32,062 nucleotides of DNA from Chloroflexota bacterium. GTDB lineage: Bacteria; Chloroflexota; Dehalococcoidia; Dehalococcoidales; RBG-16-60-22. The position numbers and the translations under genes were made by a program. The DNA lies in the NCBI GenBank assembly GCA_043818415.1, contig JBDRFW010000133.1, positions 1 through 32,062 of the forward strand, given 5' to 3'. Numbering within the stretch: position 1 is the stretch's first letter; every line of letters begins with the position of its first letter. Below the pieces are notes generated by a model. It was not told the origin of the DNA, did no database searches, and was given only the letters and a program-made list of their open reading frames with translations. Below are positions 7,156 to 15,719 of this stretch, in pieces.

Positions 7156-7176
7156 GTATCATGTATCATGTATCAT
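7156..7176. repeat. Perfect tandem heptamer (gtatcat)x3
   Basis: gtatcat occurs at 7156-7162, 7163-7169 and 7170-7176, 35 nt upstream of the CBS gene start. Each unit contains a -10-like TATCAT. Confidence 0.9.
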
Positions 7177-7210
7177 GGTCTTATATCCTGTAAACGGAGG
7201 TACAGGCACC

Positions 7211-7648
7211 ATGAAGATTAAAGAAATCAGCAGGATTAAGGGGAGGCAGGTTATCACGGTCAGGGCTGATGCCACCCTGGCGGAGGCGATTGAGAAGCTG
7301 GTCAACAACCGGATTGGCGCCATGCCCGCCATCGACGCCAAAGGGACACCGGTTGGAATTATATCGGAAAGAGACATCCTGAAGTGGCTTCATAAAGGTA
7401 GCGCGGATGTCCGCAGCGCCCGGGTTAAAGACATCATGACCACCGAGGTCATCGTGGGCGACCCCGAGGACGACATCGAGAATATCCTCAAGACGATGAC
7501 GGAGAGGGGGGTCCGGCACCTGCCGGTCATGTCCGGCGCTTCCCTGGTGGGCATACTTTCCCTGAGGGATGTGATTCAGGAGCGGCTCACCGAGTGTGAT
7601 TCGCAGGTGCGCTACCTGAATGACTATATCGCCGGGGGCTATACCTAG
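7211..7648 (+). CDS. CBS-pair domain protein
   Basis: 'VITVRADATLAEAIEKLVNNRIGAMPAIDAKGTPVGIISERDILK' and 'GVRHLPVMSGASLVGILSLRDVI' are two CBS motifs. ATG 7211 has a GGAGG RBS at 7196-7200. The track ORF starts at 7175. Confidence 0.85.
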   Translation: MKIKEISRIKGRQVITVRADATLAEAIEKLVNNRIGAMPAIDAKGTPVGIISERDILKWLHKGSADVRSARVKDIMTTEVIVGDPEDDIENILKTMTERGVRHLPVMSGASLVGILSLRDVIQERLTECDSQVRYLNDYIAGGYT

Positions 7649-7678
7649 TCTCTGCCACCACCCCGTAGCCGGGGGCGC

Positions 7679-8143
7679 TTATCTATCAGGCGGCCGGTCC
7701 TCCGGCCTGACGAGGAATACGGGCACCCTGGCCGCGTGGAGAATCTCGTCCGCCACGCTGCCCCGCACCCAGCGGTGAATCCCGGAGAACCCGTGGGTCG
7801 CCATGATGATAAGGTCGACGTTACTCTTGCCGACGTATTCCGCGATGGTTTTCGCCGGCTTCCCCACCAGCACCTCCGCCCTAACCTTGAGGCCGGTCTT
7901 CTGGAACCCGGGTGCCAGCTCGTTCAGGTAGTCCCTGGCCAGCTTGGCGGCGTCCTGCTCGATACGCTCCCGCTCCTCCGGGATGATACTGCCTTCAAGC
8001 TCGCCCGGTATATGGAGGTGCTCCACGACGCGCAGCAACACCAGCTCATTAACGTCGGACACCTTTATAAACCACTTCACGTACTGCAGCACGCACTCGG
8101 CCAGGTCCGAACCGTCCAGCGGGACAAGTATCTTGGTGTACAT
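7679..8143 (-). CDS. Universal stress protein (UspA family)
   Basis: 154 aa. 'MYTKILVPLDGSDLAE...' and 'DLIIMATHGFSGIHRWVRGSVADEILHAARVPVFLV' are the Usp ATP-binding signature. Confidence 0.9.
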   Translation of the reverse strand: MYTKILVPLDGSDLAECVLQYVKWFIKVSDVNELVLLRVVEHLHIPGELEGSIIPEERERIEQDAAKLARDYLNELAPGFQKTGLKVRAEVLVGKPAKTIAEYVGKSNVDLIIMATHGFSGIHRWVRGSVADEILHAARVPVFLVRPEDRPPDR

Positions 8144-8182
8144 CTTCCGTCCTCTCTATCGTGATTAAATTGTTGGCCGGTG

Positions 8183-9289
8183 TCAGTCCCCCGGTTTATT
8201 GCCGAAATACACCTTGGTATGCGGCCAGGGTATCTCGATACCCGCCTTGTCAAACTCTCTCTTGAGGCGCAGCCGCAGCTGACCCATGACATTCCACTGC
8301 TCCAGCGGCTTGACGTCCCCGATAATCTTGATATCTATACCGGAATCGCCCAGCTTGTCTACCCTCAGCACCTGGGGCACCGTGCGGAATACCTTGGCCC
8401 ATTTCTCTTCCTCGGCCATCTCCTTGCAGACGCGGTTGATGACCTCGATGGCGAAATCGAGGTCGGTGCCGTAGGACACCGAGACGTTAAGATTGACCCG
8501 GGCGAAGTGCCGTGAATAGTTAGAGGCCACCCTTATCTCGCCGTTGGGCACGTGGTGCACGATGCCGTCGAGGTCGCGCAGCACCGTCTTCCTCAGGTTT
8601 ATCTCCTCCACCAGGCCGGCCACGTCGGCCACCTTGGCGACGTCACCCACGCGGTACTGGTTCTCCATCAGGATAAAGACGCCGGCGATGAGGTCCCTTA
8701 TCAGGTACTGGGCGCCGAAGCCGACGGCGATACCGATGATGCCGAAGCCTGCCAGGATAGGGCCGATGTTTACCTTCAGCTCCGATAAAATCATGAAGAT
8801 GACCAGCAAAATAATCATGATTCTGGCCAGTCCCAGGAAGACGCCCTGGAGAGTATCGGCCCGCCGTTTGAGTCCCTCCCGGCTTTCCCCCCGCACCGGC
8901 CGGGACATGACGCGGCGCACCAGCGGCGGGATGGTCTGCTTGACGACAATCCAGAACACAATCCCCACCACGAGGATGATGATGACCGTGATGCCGTGCG
9001 CCAGGAACCACTCCTGTATCATATCCGGGACGACCAGAGTACGGGTGCCCTCGCGGGCCAGGGCGACGGCGACGAAGGCCAGCACCATGACCACCACGGC
9101 GATTCCCTCGATGGTCCAGAAGATGGCCGTGATATTTCCGAAGAACTTTTCGTGCCACTTCTCCGGCTCGATGCGGGAGATTAAATTACTGACCTTTTCA
9201 TGGAAAAAGAGAAGCAGCACCACGGCGAGGCTGGCGAAAACCAGTATCAAGACACCATTATCGATAAACCATCCCCACATGGCAGGCAC
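8183..9289 (-). CDS. Mechanosensitive ion channel, MscS family
   Basis: 368 aa. N-terminal TM helices, then 'GFGAQYLIRDLIAGVFILMENQYRVGDVAKV...GLVEEINLRKTVLRDLDG..HHVPNGEI', the MscS pore and beta-domain signature. Confidence 0.9.
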   Translation of the reverse strand: MPAMWGWFIDNGVLILVFASLAVVLLLFFHEKVSNLISRIEPEKWHEKFFGNITAIFWTIEGIAVVVMVLAFVAVALAREGTRTLVVPDMIQEWFLAHGITVIIILVVGIVFWIVVKQTIPPLVRRVMSRPVRGESREGLKRRADTLQGVFLGLARIMIILLVIFMILSELKVNIGPILAGFGIIGIAVGFGAQYLIRDLIAGVFILMENQYRVGDVAKVADVAGLVEEINLRKTVLRDLDGIVHHVPNGEIRVASNYSRHFARVNLNVSVSYGTDLDFAIEVINRVCKEMAEEEKWAKVFRTVPQVLRVDKLGDSGIDIKIIGDVKPLEQWNVMGQLRLRLKREFDKAGIEIPWPHTKVYFGNKPGD

Positions 9290-9381
9290 CCCCCTTTTTA
9301 GTGGTTAGAAACATTATACAACAAACGAAAAAGCATATCCTGCTTGACTATCCATTTGAACATGGCTGCCTATGCTTGAGG

Positions 9382-9415
9382 CCCGGTTAATTTTAATGTA
9401 CACTGGTTAACCGGG
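9382..9415. promoter_or_regulatory. 9-bp perfect inverted repeat upstream of the flavodoxin gene
   Basis: cccggttaa (9382-9390) and ttaaccggg (9407-9415) are exact reverse complements separated by 16 nt, ending 20 nt before ATG 9435. It could be an operator or a 5'-UTR hairpin. Confidence 0.3.
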
Positions 9416-9434
9416 TATGAAATAGAGGTGTACC

Positions 9435-9887
9435 ATGAAAGTTTTAGTGGTTTATGACTCGCTATACGGGAATACGGAGGAAATCGCCAGGGCTATCGGC
9501 GGCGGTTTCACCGGTGAGGTTAAGGTACTCCGCGTGGGGGAAGTGAACCCTTCCGAAATAAAAGCGGTGGACCTTTTCATCGTCGGCTCCCCCACCCAGG
9601 CAGGCCGGGCGTCACCGGGGATGCGGGACTTCCTTAACAAAATCCCCGGGTCTTCTCTTGAAGGTATCAACGTGGCTGCGTTCGATACCAGGGTCCCGAC
9701 GAAAATCGTCAAGGTCTTCGGCTATGCGGCGGGACGCATCGCCGGCAATCTGGAAGGAAAGGGCGGCACTCTCGTGGTGCCACCGGAAGGCTTTTTCGTG
9801 AAAGGCACCAAGGGCCCGCTGAAAGAGGGGGAGCTGGAACGGGCGGCGGTCTGGGCCAAAGGAATTGCCGGGAGCCAGCGGACTTAA
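9435..9887 (+). CDS. Flavodoxin-family protein
   Basis: 150 aa. 'MKVLVVYDSLYGNTEEIARAI' is the FMN phosphate-binding loop, followed by 'LFIVGSPT'. Confidence 0.8.
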   Translation: MKVLVVYDSLYGNTEEIARAIGGGFTGEVKVLRVGEVNPSEIKAVDLFIVGSPTQAGRASPGMRDFLNKIPGSSLEGINVAAFDTRVPTKIVKVFGYAAGRIAGNLEGKGGTLVVPPEGFFVKGTKGPLKEGELERAAVWAKGIAGSQRT

Positions 9888-11734
9888 TACAGTACCCGGT
9901 CGTCGCCGACGCGGCGGGTTACCTTCTCCCGGTCGAGGTACTCCAGCAGGGCCTGGGCATACTTGCGGCTGGTGCCGAACATGTCCCGGACCTCCCCCAG
10001 GCTGACCTTGCCCTTCTCCCTGATGTGGGCCGTGACCCTGGCCGCCATTTCCTCGAAGGCTGCGGTGGAAAAAGCGATGTTATCGCTGACCTTCACCACC
10101 CTCCCCTGCCCGATGAGCATGTTGAGCAGGTCCGCCTCCGGGATGAGCTCGCCGGGGGGAGCGTAGGGGCTCTGCTCCAGCGACTTTAAAAAAGTATCTA
10201 CTTTAGTCTGCTGTGCCGGGGTAAGTTTTACGCTGTGGTCCGGCAGGCGCAGAATGCCCCCCTCCTCGACCAGCACCCCCGTTTTAACGAGATTGGTGAT
10301 GGCCGCCCCGGCCCGGCCGCCCAGCTTCAGCCGACCGCTCAGCTCGATTTTAGGCATGCCGCTGCGGGCCGGGAACCGGCGGTGGTACTCCGCCAGCGCC
10401 GCCGCCGCCTTCTCCCCGAGGCGTTCCCAGCCGGTCGAGGTGAACAGCAGGCGGCTGTCACCATCGCCCACCGCCACCACCCGCCCCCGGCGGACGATCT
10501 CCTCTATCAGCAGCCTGGCCTTATCGGCGGAGAGGTTGCCCCGTGCCGCCAGGGCGGCCGGCTCCAGCGGCTGCCGGGCCTCCAGCAGCGCCAGGATGAC
10601 GTCCTCCTCGGAACCCTCCTCCTGGGCTCTCAGGTTTTGAATCACCTCCGGGCGGAACCGGCGCAGTCGCCGGGCCCGGGCATCGACGATACCGCCCCCG
10701 CCCAGCGTCTCCATCGGGGAGCGGATAATATAGCGGTCGCCCTTAATGGTCGCCACGGGACGGTCCAGGGCCAGCTGGGCCCAGGTGGCGGCGCCGGGCC
10801 GGAGCTCGTCGGCTTCCAGCAGGCGTACCCTGGCCATCGTCTCCGCCGCCCCGGTGTGAAAGCTGACCGTGGCGCCGTGACGCAACGGGCGCGGCAGGTA
10901 GGAAATGAGGCTGAGCTTCACCGTCACCAGGCGGGTGGGCACGAGCCATCCCGGCCGCGTCACGACGTAGCCCCGCTCCAGCTGGGAAGTGTTGACCCCC
11001 ACCAGGTTGGCCGCCACCCGACTCCCCGGCTCGGCCGTCTCGATTTTCGCCTTGTGCGTCTGCAGCCCGCGGAGTCGGGACTTGAGGCCTTTAGGCACAA
11101 TCTCCACCTCCTGCCCGACGGACAGCGTGCCGTCAATCAGCGTGCCGGTGACCACCGTGCCCGAGCCGGTCATGGTAAAGACGCGGTCGATTGGCAGGCG
11201 CGGCCGGCCGAGGTCGGGCCTCGGCCGGGTGGTCTCGAGCAGCCCGTCGATGGCGGCCAGCAGCTCCGGAAGTCCCTCGCCGTTGACCGCGGAGACGGCC
11301 ACGACGGGCGCCCCGGCCAGGGCCGTCCCGGCGACTATCTCCTCGACCTCCATGCGGACCAGGCTCAACAGCTCGTCGTCCACCAGGTCCTTCTTGGTAA
11401 CGACGACGATGCCCCGCCGCACCCCTATCAGGTCCAGGATGGCCAGGTGCTCGCGGGTCTGGGGCATCACCCCCTCGTTGGCGGCCACGATGAGCAGGGC
11501 CAGGTCGATGCCGCCCACCCCGGCCAGCATGTTCTTGACGAAGCGCTCGTGGCCGGGGACGTCGACGACCCCCACCTCGCGACCGGAGGGCAGCTTGAGC
11601 CAGGCGAAGCCGAGCTCGATGGTCATACCCCGCTCCTTCTCCTCCCGGAGGCGGTCGGGGTCTATCCCGGTCAGCGCCCGGACCAGCACCGATTTACCGT
11701 GGTCGATGTGACCGGCAGTACCCAGTACGAACAT
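9884..11734 (-). CDS. selB: Selenocysteine-specific translation elongation factor SelB
   Basis: 616 aa. 'GTAGHIDHGKSVLVRALTG', 'DVPGHERF' and 'TKKD' GTPase motifs, EF-Tu-like domains II/III, and a ~270-aa C-terminal winged-helix extension typical of bacterial SelB. Confidence 0.95.
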   Translation of the reverse strand: MFVLGTAGHIDHGKSVLVRALTGIDPDRLREEKERGMTIELGFAWLKLPSGREVGVVDVPGHERFVKNMLAGVGGIDLALLIVAANEGVMPQTREHLAILDLIGVRRGIVVVTKKDLVDDELLSLVRMEVEEIVAGTALAGAPVVAVSAVNGEGLPELLAAIDGLLETTRPRPDLGRPRLPIDRVFTMTGSGTVVTGTLIDGTLSVGQEVEIVPKGLKSRLRGLQTHKAKIETAEPGSRVAANLVGVNTSQLERGYVVTRPGWLVPTRLVTVKLSLISYLPRPLRHGATVSFHTGAAETMARVRLLEADELRPGAATWAQLALDRPVATIKGDRYIIRSPMETLGGGGIVDARARRLRRFRPEVIQNLRAQEEGSEEDVILALLEARQPLEPAALAARGNLSADKARLLIEEIVRRGRVVAVGDGDSRLLFTSTGWERLGEKAAAALAEYHRRFPARSGMPKIELSGRLKLGGRAGAAITNLVKTGVLVEEGGILRLPDHSVKLTPAQQTKVDTFLKSLEQSPYAPPGELIPEADLLNMLIGQGRVVKVSDNIAFSTAAFEEMAARVTAHIREKGKVSLGEVRDMFGTSRKYAQALLEYLDREKVTRRVGDDRVLY

Positions 11735-11752
11735 AACGGACTTCCTGGGAAG

Positions 11753-13126
11753 CTATTTAAGAATGTCGGCCAGGCTCTGCAAAGCCCTGACGACGATTTT
11801 GTCTTCTTCCGGCAGCACGGTGCGGGGGTCGAGGAGCAGCGCGTCCTCGCTGATGCGCCCGATGACCGGAGTCTCCTGGAGGCGCAGCCGCCGCCCGATA
11901 GCCGGGGCGGGGCTCTTTTTCCCGCCCCCCACTGCCACCAGGAACGTCGGCAGGCTGCCGCCGGGCAGGCTGCCGCCGCCCACCATGGTCTCGCCCGGCA
12001 CCACCCGTGCCCCGCTACCCAGCGCCCTGGCCCAGCGCCCGGCCCGCCGCTCGATTTCCTCCGGCGGCGCGGCTATCATGCGCCAGACCGGTATTTTAGC
12101 GGTGGCTTCTTCCCTGAGATAGTGCTGCAGCGTCGCCACCAGGCCGGCCAGTCGGGTCTTGTCTATCCGCAGCGCCCGCGCCAGGGGGTGCCGCTTCAGC
12201 TTGTCCACGTATGACTTCTCCCCCACGATGATGCCCGCCTGCGGCCCTCCCACCAGCTTATCGCCGGAGAAAAAGGTCAGCGCGGCGCCGGCACGCACGC
12301 TCTGCTGTACCGTTGGCTCGTGGGCCAGCCCGAAGGCGGTGGTGTCCAGGAAGCAGCCGCTGCCGAGGTCGTCCAGCACGGGTAGGTCGTGCTTCTTGCC
12401 GATGGCCGCCAGCTCTTCGATGCCGACATCGCTGACGAACCCCACCACGCGGAAGTTGCTGGAGTGCACCCGGAGCAGCGCCGCCGTCCGCGGCGTAACC
12501 GCCTGCTCGTAGTCGGCAGGGTAGGTGCAGTTGGTCGTCCCCACCTCGACCAGCTTAGCGCCGCTCTGGCGCATGACGTCCGGTACCCGGAAGCCGCCCC
12601 CTATTTCTACCGCCTGACCGCGGGAGACGATGACCTCCCGGCGGCGGGCCAGGACGGTCAGGCCCAGCAGCACCGCGGCGGCATTGTTGTTGACCACCAG
12701 CCCCGCTTCGGCGCCGGTGAGCCGGCAGAGTATCTCCTCGACGTGGACGTGGCGGGAGCCCCGGGCGCCGCTCTCCAGGTTGAACTCCAGGTTGGAGTAG
12801 CCCCGGCTGACGGCGTCCATGGCCGCCAGGGTCGCCTCGCTGACCGGGGCGCGGCCCAGGTTGGTATGCAGTATCACCCCGGAGGCGTTGATGACGCGGC
12901 GCAGGCTCGGCCTCTCCAGCGAATCCACTCCGGCCAGCACCGCTTCAACGATTTTTTCCAGGGAAGCGCCCTTCTTCCCCGCCGCAATCGACCGCCGCTC
13001 GGTCTCCAGGCGCTCCCGGATAACGTCCACCAGCAGGTCGTGCGGGTACTCCTCGCCAAGTCGCACGATGCGCGCGTCGGCCAGCACCTTATCAACGCCG
13101 GGCAGCTTACGGAATTCCTTGTCCAC
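11753..13126 (-). CDS. selA: L-seryl-tRNA(Sec) selenium transferase SelA
   Basis: 457 aa. 'LPGVDKVL...' N-terminus, 'VINASGVILHTNLGRAP', and PLP-fold core 'FSGDKLVGGPQAGIIVG' containing the Lys site. 18 nt upstream of selB. GTG start. Confidence 0.95.
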   Translation of the reverse strand: MDKEFRKLPGVDKVLADARIVRLGEEYPHDLLVDVIRERLETERRSIAAGKKGASLEKIVEAVLAGVDSLERPSLRRVINASGVILHTNLGRAPVSEATLAAMDAVSRGYSNLEFNLESGARGSRHVHVEEILCRLTGAEAGLVVNNNAAAVLLGLTVLARRREVIVSRGQAVEIGGGFRVPDVMRQSGAKLVEVGTTNCTYPADYEQAVTPRTAALLRVHSSNFRVVGFVSDVGIEELAAIGKKHDLPVLDDLGSGCFLDTTAFGLAHEPTVQQSVRAGAALTFFSGDKLVGGPQAGIIVGEKSYVDKLKRHPLARALRIDKTRLAGLVATLQHYLREEATAKIPVWRMIAAPPEEIERRAGRWARALGSGARVVPGETMVGGGSLPGGSLPTFLVAVGGGKKSPAPAIGRRLRLQETPVIGRISEDALLLDPRTVLPEEDKIVVRALQSLADILK

Positions 13127-13165
13127 CAGAGAATATTCTACTAAATCATGGAGGCAGTTTCAAAG

Positions 13166-13194
13166 TTGACACCTTTTCCGATACATGCTAGACT
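13166..13194 (+). promoter_or_regulatory. Candidate sigma70-type promoter for cysE
   Basis: TTGACA (13166-13171), a 17-nt spacer, then TAGACT (13189-13194), about 95 nt upstream of the cysE GTG. Confidence 0.35.
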
Positions 13195-13289
13195 GGACAT
13201 TGTCTACCAATTCAGTCAACAATACACCTATTTAATGTTGGCGCGCCATGCGGTAAAATAGGGTATAATAGTAAAAAGGGAACGCTGAA

Positions 13290-14006
13290 GTGTTCAAAAC
13301 GCTGAGAGAAGATATCCGGACGGTATTTGAAAAGGACCCGGCCGCCAGGAGCGTGCTGGAGGTGCTTACCTGCTATCCCGGCCTGCACGCGTTGTGGTCG
13401 TACCGGGTGGCGAACTACCTGTGGCGGCACAAACTCCGGCTGATGGCCCGGCTCTGCTCGCACGTCACCCGCGCCTTCACGGGGATTGAAATCCACCCCG
13501 CCGCCACCATCGGGCGGCGGTTCTTCATCGACCACGGTTCCGGGGTGGTCATCGGCGAGACCGCGGAGATAGGCGACGACGTCCTGCTCTATCAGGGCGT
13601 GGTGCTGGGCGGTACCACCCTGGAAAAGAAGAAACGCCACCCCACCCTCGGCAACGGCGTGGAGATGGGCTCCGGCGCCATCGCCCTGGGGCCCATCAAC
13701 ATCGGCGACGGCGCCCGCATCGGCGCCGGCTCGGTGGTGATAAAATCGGCCCCGGCCGGGGTGACGGTGGTGGGCATCCCGGGGAGAATCGTCACCAAGA
13801 CGGAGAAACCCACCATGGACCTGGAGCACGGCCGCCTGCCCGACCCCGTCGCCGAGGCCATCCGGCTGGTGTTGAAAGACCAGCAGAACCTGGAAGAGCG
13901 TCTGAAGCGACTGGAAGAAGCGAGCGGCGTGGCCGCCCCCCAGGACGAGTTGAAAGAGCAGCGAAGGGAAATCGAGCGGGAGTTCGCCGAGGGCGCCGGC
14001 ATCTAG
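13290..14006 (+). CDS. cysE: Serine O-acetyltransferase
   Basis: 238 aa. '[30 protein letters not shown]' and hexapeptide repeats '[31 protein letters not shown]'. Confidence 0.92.
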   Translation: MFKTLREDIRTVFEKDPAARSVLEVLTCYPGLHALWSYRVANYLWRHKLRLMARLCSHVTRAFTGIEIHPAATIGRRFFIDHGSGVVIGETAEIGDDVLLYQGVVLGGTTLEKKKRHPTLGNGVEMGSGAIALGPINIGDGARIGAGSVVIKSAPAGVTVVGIPGRIVTKTEKPTMDLEHGRLPDPVAEAIRLVLKDQQNLEERLKRLEEASGVAAPQDELKEQRREIEREFAEGAGI

Positions 14007-14130
14007 CGCCGCCGGCACCGTGGCCTGATACCACCCCGGCCATCAGGATGCCTGCTATTCCAAGACTACCCGCCGCATATTTACCGGATTATAACTAAAA
14101 AGCAGCATTGCAGAACATAAGGAGATGAGT

Positions 14131-14910
14131 ATGGAAAAGTTCAGTCCCGTCGGCGAAAAGGATATTACCCGGGCCATCGTCAGCGAATTCTCCCGCCAGT
14201 TCGAAGAATACGTGGAGTCGGACTGTATCATCATCGGGGCCGGCCCCAGCGGGCTGATGGCCGGCCGCAATATCGCCCGGGCGGGGAAAAAGGTGCTCAT
14301 CGTGGAACGGAACAACTACCTCGGGGGCGGCTTCTGGATTGGCGGCTACCTCATGAACAAGGTAACCATCCGGCACCCCGGGGAAAGGGTTTTAAAGGAG
14401 CTCGGCATCCCCTGCACCGAGGTCAAGGAAGGCCTCTTCGTGGCTGACGGGCCGCATGCCTGTTCCAAGCTCATCGCCGCCGCCTGCGATGCCGGCGTCA
14501 AGTTCGCCAACATGACCATCTTCGAAGACCTGATTTTGAGGGAGGACGGCCGGATCTGCGGTGCGGTCATCAACTGGACACCGATTACATCATTGCCCCG
14601 GGAGATAACCTGCGTCGACCCGGTAGCCATCGAGGCGCCGGTGCTGCTGGACGCCACCGGCCATGACGCCACGGTCGTCAGGAAGCTGGAGGAGCGGGGT
14701 CTCATCAAGGCCAAGGGGTTCGGGGCGATGTGGGTGGAGAGGTCGGAAGACCTTATCGTCGAGCACACCGGGGAGGCCTACCCCGGCCTGGTGGTCTCCG
14801 GCATGGCCGTGTCCACCCTTTACGGGCTGCCCCGGATGGGCCCGACCTTCGGCGGGATGCTGCTTTCCGGTGAAAAAGCCGCCGAGGTCATCCTGGAGAA
14901 ACTCTCCTAG
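14131..14910 (+). CDS. thi4: Thiazole synthase, Thi4 family (archaeal-type ADP-thiazole synthase)
   Basis: 'DCIIIGAGPSGLMAGRNIARAGKKVLIVERNNYLGGG' is a dinucleotide-binding fold. 'LDATGHDATVV' is present. AAGGAG at 14119-14124 favours ATG 14131 over the track start 14125. Confidence 0.9.
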   Translation: MEKFSPVGEKDITRAIVSEFSRQFEEYVESDCIIIGAGPSGLMAGRNIARAGKKVLIVERNNYLGGGFWIGGYLMNKVTIRHPGERVLKELGIPCTEVKEGLFVADGPHACSKLIAAACDAGVKFANMTIFEDLILREDGRICGAVINWTPITSLPREITCVDPVAIEAPVLLDATGHDATVVRKLEERGLIKAKGFGAMWVERSEDLIVEHTGEAYPGLVVSGMAVSTLYGLPRMGPTFGGMLLSGEKAAEVILEKLS

Positions 14911-14924
14911 CCCGGCGGGAAGCA

Positions 14925-15719
14925 ATGGCCATCATCCTCTACGATGAGGGGGCCGATAGCCTGGACATGGCCGGGATTGCCGACTACCTGCGACAGAAAA
15001 CCGGAGAATCCGACATCGCAATTAAAGGCAGTCCCTTCGGCGGTCTTCCCGGGGACAGGGTGGAGGACTTTGCCGGCCGGTTCGCCGCCATCAAGGTCCC
15101 GGCGCTCGACCGGGAGCCGGACCCGGAACAGGAAGTCCTCTACGCCGAGATTGCCTACGAGGCAAGGAGACTCCGGGGACAGACCCGGTCCACGGGTATC
15201 GTCTATGACGGCTGGTACCTGCCCGGGCTGTACCGGGCGGCCATCCCCCGGGAGGAGCGTCACCCCGATGATATCAACATCGTTTTTACCAACCGGCTCT
15301 TCGGCACCTGGGATGAGAACAACCGCCGCTATCACCTGAGGACGAGTATCTACGGCCTGCCGTCGGTCATTTCCACCACCGGCATCGCGGAGGCGCCGGC
15401 CCTGCCCCGCGAATACTACCGTCTCAAGCAGCAGTACCTGGCCCTCGGGCGGGACATCTCCGAGCTCAAGGACCGGTTCGGCGGGCGCTTTATCGATTAT
15501 AACGACGCGCGATTGACCGAGGTAGTCAAGGGATACGCCATGCAGGCGGTCTTTTACTCCCTGACCGGCGAGCCTTTCTGCGAGGACCGGGGCTGCCGCC
15601 TGTTCAACGCCCACTGGCAGGAAGACCTTATCTTCGCCCAGCTGGAGAGCGACTACGAGTTCTGCCCGTTCCACACGGAATTCCTGGAAAAACTGCGGCC
15701 AAGAGGAAACAGACGGTGA
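14925..15719 (+). CDS. Hypothetical protein with a degenerate archaemetzincin (M54)-like C-terminal motif
   Basis: 264 aa. 'TGEPFCEDRGCRLFNAH...(20 aa)...CPFH' fits the G-x3-C-x4-C-x-[ML] part of the archaemetzincin signature. 'AVFYS' occupies the HExxH position. The stop overlaps the next gene's start (GTGA). Confidence 0.55.
   Translation: MAIILYDEGADSLDMAGIADYLRQKTGESDIAIKGSPFGGLPGDRVEDFAGRFAAIKVPALDREPDPEQEVLYAEIAYEARRLRGQTRSTGIVYDGWYLPGLYRAAIPREERHPDDINIVFTNRLFGTWDENNRRYHLRTSIYGLPSVISTTGIAEAPALPREYYRLKQQYLALGRDISELKDRFGGRFIDYNDARLTEVVKGYAMQAVFYSLTGEPFCEDRGCRLFNAHWQEDLIFAQLESDYEFCPFHTEFLEKLRPRGNRR

Noticed and set aside
10235-12214. Very long antisense ORFs. Examples are 10235-12214 (+), 17824-19206 (-), 15653-16798 (-), 22215-23348 (+), 20184-21203 (+), 26454-27464 (-) and 13212-14018 (-).
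   Set aside because: Each lies opposite a gene with unmistakable family motifs (selB/selA, nadA, permease, ctaB, tgt, clp, cysE). Their translations are Arg/Gly/Pro/Ala-rich low-complexity strings, which is typical of stop-poor shadow frames in high-GC DNA.
13130-13139. 10-bp perfect palindrome AGAATATTCT 4 nt upstream of the selA GTG start.
   Set aside because: It is short enough to occur by chance in an AT-rich leader, and no second copy or partner regulator is visible.
14007-14130. TPP riboswitch upstream of thi4.
   Set aside because: I could not find the conserved CUGAGA or ACCUGAUCUGGAUAAUGCCAGC-type elements. Only a short CCTGAT/ATCAGG hairpin is present.
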